Source: Trichosphaerium sp. ATCC 40318 (taxonomy: Eukaryota > Protista > Tubulinea). From it: a DNA stretch of 39,864 bases. Shown here one piece after another: positions 26,997-37,508 of this stretch. The translations under genes and the position numbers were made by a program. A model generated the notes under the pieces. The model did not search any database. It saw only the letters and a program-made list of their open reading frames with translations, and was not told where the DNA came from. Numbering within the stretch: the stretch's first letter is position 1; each line of letters starts with the position of its first letter. The stretch is from NCBI GenBank assembly GCA_038496445.1, contig JALMLS010000314.1:1-39864 (forward strand), in the 5' to 3' direction.

Positions 26997-29011
26997 TCAG
27001 TCCGTACGTTGTTCTTTGTAGGTTAACATTTTAGTTAAGATATCTTTAAATTCTTCTTTAGAAATAGTATCACACTCATAGATGTCAAAAACCTTAAGCT
27101 CAGGTAGTAACCAATGAATACCTTTTGCAGTAACACTACAGTTACTAATACGTAATATCTTAATACCTTTCAAAGGTATTATACCCTCATCAGTCAAGAA
27201 TGAAGCACCTGACAAAACCAGTTCCGAGATACCAGCAAGTGCTGCTATATGTTCGTTTTTAATACCAATACTACTCACTGATAGGCCAATGTCCAATGTA
27301 TGTATACCTGCTAGTGATGCTATCCAACGACCAGAGTAGGTAGGCCTTGGATAAAAACCTAATCTAAGGGTGTGAACACCTTTGAAGTAGTTTTTTCCTT
27401 TGCCATTGAAATCACATGATCCTTGAAGAATAACAGTATGTGCGCCACGGAATGCCTTCAGACTTTTGCCACTTATCAACCGACAAGATGTTATATTAAT
27501 AGTGTGAACCCCTGTTAAGCATCGAACAATCTCGTCCGTGACACGTGATCCACTACCATAAGAAAAACGCACTTTTTTTAAACCAGTGAATAGAAATATA
27601 GGAGCCAAATCGTAAAATCTTATCATAGAATGACGTATGATAGCCTTACAAGGTATAATTTGCCTACAATTTTGTTCTGTAACTCTAACTGCGTAATAGA
27701 GCCAGATTATGTAAGCACTCCACTTTTAAAACAAAATTATTTTGATGTTGAAAATAGTTTTTTATGATTGACGCTTGAGTAAATAGTAGCCATACATACT
27801 GTGAATAATATATAGAGAGTATGAAACATTCACCAACAGTGATGTAGCCTACAATGACTCTAAAAAATAGTTTAATTTTGTGACTTTTTAAGCATTGTTT
27901 AGCTAAGTTATACTTATTGCACACATTATCAATTATGTTTTCATCACTTTGAGTAGGTGTCAATGGTCGTATTTAATAGCCTCAAAGCATGTTATTGAAA
28001 AGTAAACGCACAATAAACTGCGTCAAATGTGGGAGTTTGTTGAATGATATTTGATGAAACAAAAGGTTTACTATTCTACACTGATGTTATATGTTATGTT
28101 CTACACTTTTCTTCATTAGAAAATGAGTATATGGCATAGTGGTGCCACTATGATCAATTGTAAAAATACACATGCCAATAGCGTTTGCACCAAAAGTACT
28201 CACTTACATTTTTTTTTTCCCAAAGTTATCAAACAATCAATTTTACATCTCAGTTATTGCCACCGATATACTCACATGCGTTGCAAGTGATGTATTTTAG
28301 CTGGCACATTTATGTGTTTTTAAAAATGGCCCAGTTTTCTACAGCTGGAATTTTTCGTAAAACCAATATTAAAGGCTAGGGCCAAAACGGTCCAAACCGT
28401 GACTATGTAGAAACAGAAGTATATGATCTGTTAAAATAGTTTAGAGAATATCGATGGCATTGCCTGGCATTATACCTTTTTCTTGCCTTTTTGTTTTAAA
28501 CAGCGTTTTATGCTTGGAAACGCATATTCTACGCACGAATAACGTTTGTATAGTATTGTTCTTTGATTTTAAAGAGCAACTAACTTTTTTAGCCACTAAA
28601 CGCTGTAAAACACTTATAACTTCAGTTCCTACATATTTGGAACAATTAAAAGGCTGTGTAATGTGCAGGCATCATGAAACCGTGTTCAAGGAGTTTATGT
28701 TGCTACTTTCCTTTTAAGGCAACAAGTTTTTGCTTTTAAGTAAGTACTCTTTTCCGTGCTTACAACGTAATTTTATGCTCTCACACTCCACTACCTTGTT
28801 TAACAGCATCTTTTAAAGCCGATAAGCATGTGTGGAATGCTTACGTAATCTGGCTCTAGCCAACATAATCGTGTATTATAGTAGAAAAAAGCCTACAACA
28901 TTGTCCTGCAGTACAGCGAGTCTTATTTGATGCCATTTGAGTAAAAATAGCGCATAGCAGCTCTAGAGGCATGATATCAATAAGGCTAGAATCGTTTCCA
29001 TTAGCGGCCAT
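26997..29011 (-). pseudogene. F-box + LRR gene (copy of 919-1773) interrupted by a TIR element
   Basis: The insertion after ...HDYVG creates a TAG stop. The remaining sequence is otherwise nearly identical to the intact copy. Confidence 0.9.
27699..28856. mobile_element. Non-autonomous DNA transposon (MITE-like), 1,158 bp, 25-bp TIRs, TA target-site duplication
   Basis: Left end GAGCCAGATTATGTAAGCACTCCAC vs reverse-complemented right end GAGCCAGATTACGTAAGCATTCCAC (2 mismatches). TA at 27697-98 and 28857-58. The empty site in the left arm (about 1069-1079) has a single TA. No transposase ORF. Confidence 0.93.
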
Positions 29012-29506
29012 CTCAGGGTTGGTTTTGTTGTGACTTGGACTCTTATTGTTCAAGCAAAAGTCATATTAGCTGAATTCACATCGCGGATATTGATTTGACT
29101 TTGTGAGCAATGTTTACCAGCTAGCTCATGTATTAGTACAGCACTGTGTTAGGCGCTCTTAATAAGTGCTGTTGCTACTGTTAACTCCAGTTTGTGATCT
29201 GTTTTATTCATTCCCACGTGATCCTACAACACAAGATAAAATGATAAGGGATTGATAATTGATCTAGTAGTGCAGCAACCACCGTTAGACACATAAAGCA
29301 CAGAAGCGCCAGTTAAAGCAGAACTTACTATTACAAAGTTCATCTGGACAATGATATAACCTCTAATAATTGTTGGGTCATAACAGAGGCACATTGAAAT
29401 TGATGCACACAGCAACATTTACATCATCTTTTTAACATGTGCAAATAAAGAGTACAATAAGTAAAGGAAATGTTTATTTGTGCTACGGGATGCTTGTACA
29501 TTGGAG

Positions 29507-32500
29507 CTACTTCTTGCTACCTTCAAGGTGGGCTATTTTGGCAAGTAGGGTAGTGACGGTTTGTGATAAGTTGATAATTTCTTGTTGCTGAGTTGAATTA
29601 TCTTGCTTTAGGGTGTTGATAATTTGTGATAAGTTGGTAATTTCTTGTTGCTGGCTCGAATTATCTTGCTTTAGGGTGTTGATAATTTGAGATAAGTTGG
29701 CATTTTCTTTTTGATGGTGATTGACGTTTCTTTGTAAGATGATATTGTCTTGGTCTAAGCTGGCTATATCTTGTTGTTGCCTTGCATGTATATTCTCATG
29801 AAGTTCCTTCATATTTACGTTGATTTTCTTTAGTTTCTCGATTTCACATTGTGTTTTTTGTGAAGACTCTAGTTCGAGATTTACATTATTGGTACTTGAT
29901 TGTTGGTCATCAGTTGTGTCCAAATCGCGGGCAGCCCACAATTTCCTGGTAAGTCAATAAGTAAGAACAAGAAAAGAAATAGATTACCTGCTACTATTGT
30001 GAAAATTTTCTTCATCATCTGAAAGATCATCGGAACCACCAACTAGCTCTGAAACTTTATCCCCTTTCTTTGGTTTTTTATCTCCTTTCTTGGTTTTTTT
30101 TGTTTTGATTCTTTTCTTACTCTGCTCTTTTGGTAGTAGTTTGAGAACATAGCGAGCAACAGCTTGAGTATCTGATTGCATAGCGTTAGTTTATGATCGT
30201 TACATTCTTCTTTGGGTGTACCTTGTCCGACAACAAGTTCATCATACACTGCACTAGTAACTTTATCTTCTGTGACAGGTCTACCTTTGTGATCAACCAA
30301 TGTGTAATGACTTTGGTAGCCTGGTTTTATCGGTTGTCCTCTTAACTTGTCGGTTGGTTTTACCTTTTTTATAGTCATCAATTAATAAAGAACATGATAA
30401 ACTTTTGTTAATGTACAGGGTATACGTTGCCAGGAGTGACAAGACTCAAAATAACTGTTTTTTCTTTGGTTCCTCCAGTGTCATATGAACACGCATATTT
30501 TATACTCCGCTATAGTGGAATCAGCAATGGAATGTGACTGTTTTTTGCATACTGTAAAATAGATGCCTTGACCATAGTATCCAGAATCCAAAGCACTCAC
30601 AGTTCCAAAACCAGCCTTTACAATACTGTAAGCTGCTTTTTCACTTGTTCCGTGAACCATCAATATCACTGGTAACTAAACAGGTGTGAGAGTAAGATAT
30701 CGTTGATGAACACCACCTGTCCTTCTGTATTGTCTTCTTTTAAATAGTCTGTATTGTATGTACTTTCATATTCCTGAGTGGGTATGGCATTGTATTTAAT
30801 GAAAACGCTCTCTTTGTACTTTTTGTTGCCATCTTTTTTCCAATCTTGCTTTTTAAAAAATGCAGGCAGTTCTCTAAAATATGTAAGGACTAAATAAACT
30901 ACAAAAAAACGTACTGATGCCTATGCTTTAGTATTTTGTTGGATCGACCAAAGTTTTCTGTCAAGATTTCATTGTAAACAAGAGTCGCTTCAACAATATT
31001 GTATTTGTCATAACCATGCATTTTTGACATATCTTGCTGTAGGATTTTCAATTCTCTGACAGCAACTTTGTCATTTTCATCAAGAAGATTTAATGTTCTA
31101 TAGTGAGTCGCTTTTGTAATAATTCCTCTTTTCAAATAAATAAAGATACCCACAATGGCACATTGAACAGACGTACATGCTTTTAGATCTGTCCCAAGAA
31201 TGTGCAAAATACAATTGTGGATTAAGATCCCATCCGTTTTCATGTTTTAATTCTTATATTTTTTAGTATTTGTAAGACAGTAACTTGTTGTACCTGTGAT
31301 AAATGATAGATGATTGCGATATGTAAAAAACTGCCCATCCAGGTTTTTGTCCCATGTGTCATCAGGCATATCTCTAAAGATACCATGCATTAATAGGCCA
31401 TCTTGTTTCCAAAATAATCCCTGATAAACCAGTTAGCTTAATGATTTGTGGTAAAGGTACATTATCATAGCTGTATCTGGCTATATAAATATAACCAATT
31501 AAATAACAAATGCCTTTTTCCATTGCCAGTTTAAAATAAGACCGTGTTGGCTAAATGTTGTATGATTAGTAAGAACTAACATATTGTTCCATAGTGGCAT
31601 ACCAAGTATGGAAGCCATTGCTTAATATGTTCAAAAAGCGTTTGTTTATCAGAAGCCAAGTATACGTTTGACAAACAAGATTTCCACATTACTTTGCATT
31701 CTTTACCACTTGGACAGTATTGTAAAAAAGTTACAAATGCTACAACAGATCCAGGAGCATTTGAAATTAGTTGCTTAAATAACAAAAAAAGTAAGTCTTG
31801 CCACATTGTGTTGTCTGGTGATATAACTACCAAAACAGTTAAGGCAAATAATGATGGTATGCTTTTTGAGAGTACAGTACCCGAATTAGCATTGTTTCTA
31901 TCTTCACCAACTATGTAAATTTTTGCATAAGCATAGATTAACATTGACATGATTTTTTTGTCTCCTTTGTGTGCTAATCCTCTCTTGAGCAAACATGTTG
32001 TATCTTATATAATGACATTACCTGCACACATAAAAGCTGTGTTTCCATTTATATCAACAGCGTCAATATTTGCTCCAGTATTAATTAATAGTGATACAGT
32101 TTTATAATGTCCCGTATTGGCTAAATAGTAATGTAAGCAAACATGTTGTATCTCAATGCTATTACCTCCCCAAATCAAAGTTGTGTTTTCATCTTTATCA
32201 ACAGCGTCAATATTTGCTCCAGCATTAATTAATAGTGATACAATTCCATAATGTCCCATTTTTGCTAAATAGTAATGTAAGCAAACATGTTTGTATCTCA
32301 ATACTATTACCTCCCCTCATCAAAGCTGTGTTTCCATCTATTTCAACAGCGTCAACATTTGCTCCAGCATTAATTAATACTGATACAATTTCATAATGTC
32401 CCTTATTGGCTAAATAGTGATGTAAGCGAACATGTTTGTATCTCAATACTATTACCTGCCCTAATCAAAGCTGTGAATTCATATTTATCAACAGCCTCAA

Positions 32501-34234
32501 TATTTGCTCCAGCCTTGATTAGCATTGATACAATTTTATCATGGTTTCTCCAAACTACATAGTAATGCTAGTAAACCCATGCTGTATTCCATATGTGGCA
32601 TTACCTGCATGAATCAAAACTGTGTTTCCATCTTTATCAACAGCGTCAATATTTGCTCCAGCATTAATTAATACTGATACAGTTTCATAACATCCCATTT
32701 TGGCTAAATAGTAATGTGAGCAAACATGTTTGTATCTCAATGCTATTACCTGCCCTCATCAAACCTGTGTATCCATTTTTATCAACAGCCTCAATATTTG
32801 CTCCAGCATTAATTAATACTGATACAGTTTCATAACGTCCCTTACTGGCTAAATAGTAATGTGAGCAAACATGTTTGTATCTCAATGCTATTACCTGCTT
32901 GAATCAAAGCTGTGTATCCATTTTCATCAACAGCCTCAATATTTGCTCCAGCCTTGATTAACACTGATACAGTTTTATTATCTCCATTGTTTACTAATAG
33001 TGTGAGTGGTATCAAGTTGTATTTTGTATCTCAATGGTATTACCCGCCCTAATCAAAGCTGTGTTTCCATATTCATCAACAGCCTCAATATTTGCTCCAG
33101 CCTTAATTAGCATTGATACAATTTTATCATGATTTTCCCAAACTACATAGTAATGCTAGTAAACCCATGCTGTATTCCATATGTGGCATTACCTGCATGA
33201 ATCAAAACTGTGTTTCCATCTTCATCAACAGCGTCAATATTTGCTCCAGCATTAATTAATAGTGATACAATTCCATAATGTCCCATTTTTGCTAAATAGT
33301 AATGTAAGCAAACATGTTTGTATCTCAATACTATTACCTCCCCTCATCAAAGCTGTGTTTCCATCTATTTCAACAGCCTCAATATTTGCTTCAGCATTAA
33401 TTAATACTGATACAGTTTCATAATGTCCCTTACTGGCTAAATAGTGATGTAAGCGAACATGTTTGTATCTCAATACTATTACCTGCTTGAATCAAAGCTG
33501 TGACTTCATATTCATCAACAGCCTCAATATTTGCTCCAGCCTTGATTAGCATTGATACAATTTTATCATGGTTTCCCCCGACTACACAGTAATGTTAGTA
33601 AACCCACGCTGTATTCCATATGTGGCATTACCTGCATAAATTAAAGCTGTGTATCCATATTCATCAACAGCCTCAATATTTGCTCCAGCCTTGATTAACA
33701 CTGATACAGTTTTATTATCTCCATTGTTTACTAATAGTGTGAGTGGTATCAAGTTGTATTTTGTATCTCAATGGTATTACCCGCCCTAATCAAAGCTGTG
33801 TTTCCATATTCATCAACAGCCTCAATATTTGCTCCGGCCTTGATTAGCATTGATACAATTTTATAATCTTTTTTACAGGCTACATAGTAATGTTAGTAAA
33901 CCCACGCTGTATTCCATATGTGACATTACCAGCATAAATTAAAGCTGTCTTTCTGCTAGAATTTACAACATCAACATTTATGTTCACTTTAATAAGCGAT
34001 GAAACAATTTCTCCATAGCCATTTCTTACTACAACTGGTTAACTATGCTTACCACATATTGCATACCTGCAAAAAACCACACAAGTTCAATTGCGGTCAG
34101 TTCATTTTCGCAGATAATTGGATGCCACATATTCCACTCAACTATGAATAAATGTTATTGTTACCAACATTATAAAAAAAGCGTTATTTTCAACCATTTG
34201 GATATTGAGTTTCTTCACGCTGTGGTTCTGCCAT
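29507..34234 (-). CDS. Long ankyrin-repeat PARP (tankyrase-like architecture: ANK array, helical region, ART catalytic domain, Lys-rich/acidic linker, coiled coil)
   Basis: Fourteen 99-nt ankyrin exons plus a degenerate cap repeat. Spliced catalytic domain LPVILMVHGTSEK...GYYGQGIYFT-RSIKYACSY...SLVTPGNVYP-...AVYDELVVGQ-DTQAVARYVL. The 5'-most exons are tentative. Confidence 0.88.
32018..34030 (-). repeat. Tandem array of 14 exon+intron units (144-149 bp)
   Basis: Donor sites (TTACC on +) at 32018, 32162, 32307, 32452, 32601, 32746, 32891, 33040, 33189, 33334, 33479, 33628, 33777 and 33926. Each unit is a 99-nt exon plus a 45/46- or 50-nt intron. Confidence 0.95.
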
Positions 34235-35311
34235 GACGTGTTGTCACTCTTGAAGGTATCGTAAAACAATATTAAGCGGCGTGACTTGACCTCCGGTTTT
34301 TCGTTGAACTGTTATTGTGCTCGCGTTACGGTTCTGGTTTTGTGCTTCTGATTAAAAAGAATGAGAGTCCAAAGGTAGTATCACGGTCTATTTTACTGAT
34401 TTGTTACAGCAACACGATTATTTTCCTCCCGTTGTAGCTTTAACCAACTAATTAACGGATATTCGTATGTCCTACAAGATATTAATCCTGGTTTGTAGTA
34501 TTTTCACAGTTACGCCCAGTTGTAGCGCAATCACTCTTCGCAGATTTACCCAGTCCATTCCTCCTGTATTATTAAAAGGACGCGCAGTCGCAATAAAGAA
34601 GGTAGAATGTAGACACACAAAAATATTCGCGTAAAGTGTCTCGTGATACCTGCGTTAACGTAAGCGTACGTTACGAACCGGTTCCTTTTGTGCACGTGAC
34701 AATATATCACTACATGCTTTTTTGAGTAGTACCTATTACTTCACGCCCAAAATATGGGTTGTCATAGATAAAAGCAGAGCTACTAAATGTATTGTGATGA
34801 CTACAAAGCACGAGTTCAGTAAAATAGACAGAAAAACATGGCGAGAAACTGTAGCAAAGCCAAAAAAGTTTTCCACGGTTATTGAAGAAATAAAACAAAC
34901 TCAGCTAGTACAGCGAGAGTTTCATGCTACATAAGTTTAAAAGGTAAGACGAGTTTACGTGAGTAATACATACGTTGTTTAGTGTCGTTCTTTTGGCGCC
35001 TGTACGCAAGCAAACGCGCAGTAATTTCGACTTTTTACCTCTCGCTCACAAGGGTCTTAAAACGCGTGCAAATAGTTTTAATAGGCTATCCTACGCAAGG
35101 AAAGTCTGTATAGGGACAGAAGCGTTTATCTGGATGGTTGAAATTGCAAAACGTTGTAAATACGTCAAAAACTTAGAACCTCCTCAGTACTTTACACGGT
35201 TTAGTAGCTCAATCAATTAGTTGGACTCAAAAGAAGAAACCACTTCCCGTTTTAGTGTCTACTCGTCAAAACAAGTAATTGCAACTTCTTTTTCTTGACT
35301 GCTATACAGCA

Positions 35312-35563
35312 ATGGCTGCAATACGTACTCTCTTAGCTCTCTTAGTTATTCTTGCTTGCATATCTGTTGCTTCAGGGTGTTTCAAGTTTTGGTGGCAGGA
35401 AGAAACACCAAAACAACGGTGTTTACGAGGATGCAGCTGTTCACGCATTCAGTGTTTAAAATATTCATCTCCTGAAGACGCCTATGCATGTCATACTTTG
35501 ACCTGCGAAAGAAGTTGCAGACGACAATACGCAGTAATAAGGCGTAGACACCGATATTCTTAA
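35312..35563 (+). CDS. Small secreted cysteine-rich cationic peptide (83 aa)
   Basis: Signal peptide MAAIRTLLALLVILACISVASG, 8 Cys in the predicted mature part, Arg-rich tail, AATAAA overlapping the stop. Confidence 0.7.
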   Translation: MAAIRTLLALLVILACISVASGCFKFWWQEETPKQRCLRGCSCSRIQCLKYSSPEDAYACHTLTCERSCRRQYAVIRRRHRYS

Positions 35564-36191
35564 ATAAAAACGACAATTCCTGTATAATCCGCGTAAATAA
35601 GCACAAATGAGGTTATTATCTAATACAAAACAAGCTCCTACGCGCAATTAGTCCACTGGAGAACATGATTGCCAAACGACCATAAAAAAGAGTTTCTTGG
35701 CGTTAATCGGAATTCTGTTCATTGTACAGGTATGTTTGGTACACTAACGTTAGAAAAGGTTCTTGCAGCGATATCATCAGAAATATGATTGTCAAACTAA
35801 CGTTGGTAGAAGCGTTCTTCAAGACCACAAGAACGGGCTTCAGTTTAGACCAAAACAAAACCTGCTCAAAGTTGTTGGCAACTATTTTTAACAACAGAAC
35901 GCAATGGACAGTAAGTGACGTTAGCATAGAGCTGGTTTTGCACATGAAATTCTCTTACGAGTGTTAGTCCTACTTAATGTCGTATAATCAACTTGACATT
36001 TGCATGAAATAATGTCATAGTATAGCGAGCTTGAGAACTACGTTAGAGATTAACCATTGTCAATGATGTAGTCAACAAATCCTCTATTAAATGGCCCAAT
36101 ATAATAAAGCAAACACCAACATAAAAGGGTTCGACTTAGGTAGAAACAATGCCAACACAAAATTAATATGTTGATAGTTTTATTTTGAGTT

Positions 36192-37157
36192 TCAAATGAC
36201 GCCATTTTTTACTGCAGCTCCTTTTAGATAGAACTCTTCGTTGTCACAGTTAAACAAGATATCTAAAAAGATACAAAACTGACGTGTTGTAAAAGCCATG
36301 TTAACCTCTTTTCCAAGGTGAGGTGACATGACTTTGAAAACATCTTGTTGAAATTTCTGTATCCCTTCTAAACTAGTCTCATCGCAATCGTAAATTTTTT
36401 TATAGATTTCTTCACTATATTTTAGGCCATGCCTGTATATGGATAAAATGCGTATGTAGCTGTTTGAATAGCCTTTAGTCCAGTCTGTATAGCTGAAAGA
36501 GATACCCACTCTTTCATTTCCTTTTCCAATTGTTACATCAACATTCATATTGTATCCTTCATCATTCTGTACTTCTGTTTCATTTCTTTCTATAAATAAA
36601 CAATCAGTGAAACACTTAATAACATGGTATCTTTAGTCACAATTTGTTTTACGTGGTTACTTTGTGTTAATCTGATGTTACATACCTACACTTTGGACTT
36701 GTACCAATTGTGTCAAAAGGAATAATTGGTTGATTTGTTCTTCACTAGTACAGTAATTGTCACCTTCATCGTCATCAGTGGGGTTCTTCAAAAACTCCCT
36801 CAAAGATGTTATCCACTTATCTAAACGAGAAAGGACCTGGTTGGTGTTTATCATTGTATCTACTTTACTCTTTAATGCTGATAGCACGTGCTCGTTAGCA
36901 ACCTTGTTTGTTTTGATGTTTGGAAGCTCTAGCTCTTTGTTTAGGTCGAACATTGATTGTAACAGTTTTTCCGCATAAATATTGCCAACACGCTTTGATA
37001 TCTCTTCAGAGAGCGATTCTACTGGTACTTGATACTTTGTTAGTTGTTCTATTAGTTTATCATCAGGTAGCGACTCCAGAGCGTTATTACAATACTGTGT
37101 TAACTTCCTTATCTTCTTGGGAGGTTCATTAATTGATAAAGATGCACTGCGCTTCAT
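36192..37157 (-). CDS. Hypothetical two-exon protein with N-terminal NLS-like PPKKIRK
   Basis: ORFs 36678-37196 and 36192-36548 join in frame through a phase-1 GT-AG intron at 36590-36685. AATAAA follows the stop. Confidence 0.65.
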
Positions 37158-37508
37158 TTGGTTTGTTTGAAAAAAAAGCAAAAAAATACTAGTCAAACCA
37201 CGTCGTAAGCAGGTATTCCAAGCAGCTAATGTAGAACTCTTCCCATACCAGCAATTGTACTGAATAAAAACCTAAAAGATTAGAAAACAAGAATCAATTG
37301 TTCGCAGAAATAATCACTGTAAAAAGAATGCCCTTCCAAACACGTGTTCAAACTTATATGTAAACGCACCAAAATAACATAGTAGACTTCAAAACGTGTA
37401 GAGTTTTATGGAAATTGACAATTATACAAACAAATAGTGCAAGTCCGAAATGTGGACCCAAAAAGTCAATTTATACAGAGCTCATAGATTTTATTTCTGA
37501 ATTATTAA

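Larger units (their letters stand above)
21685..29933 (-). repeat. Right arm of large inverted duplication
   Basis: Reverse-complement match to 1-7408, apart from the 27699-28856 insertion and small indels or SNPs. Confidence 0.97.

Noticed and set aside
27685-28717. Short ORFs inside the TIR element as a transposase
   Set aside because: All are under 95 aa with no DDE or HTH motifs.
32018-34030. Regularly spaced repeats resembling a CRISPR array
   Set aside because: Units are ankyrin exons plus GT-AG introns. There are no unique spacers and no cas genes, and the context is eukaryotic.
36100-36150. GGTTCGA motif suggesting a tRNA T-loop
   Set aside because: No cloverleaf stems in the flanks.
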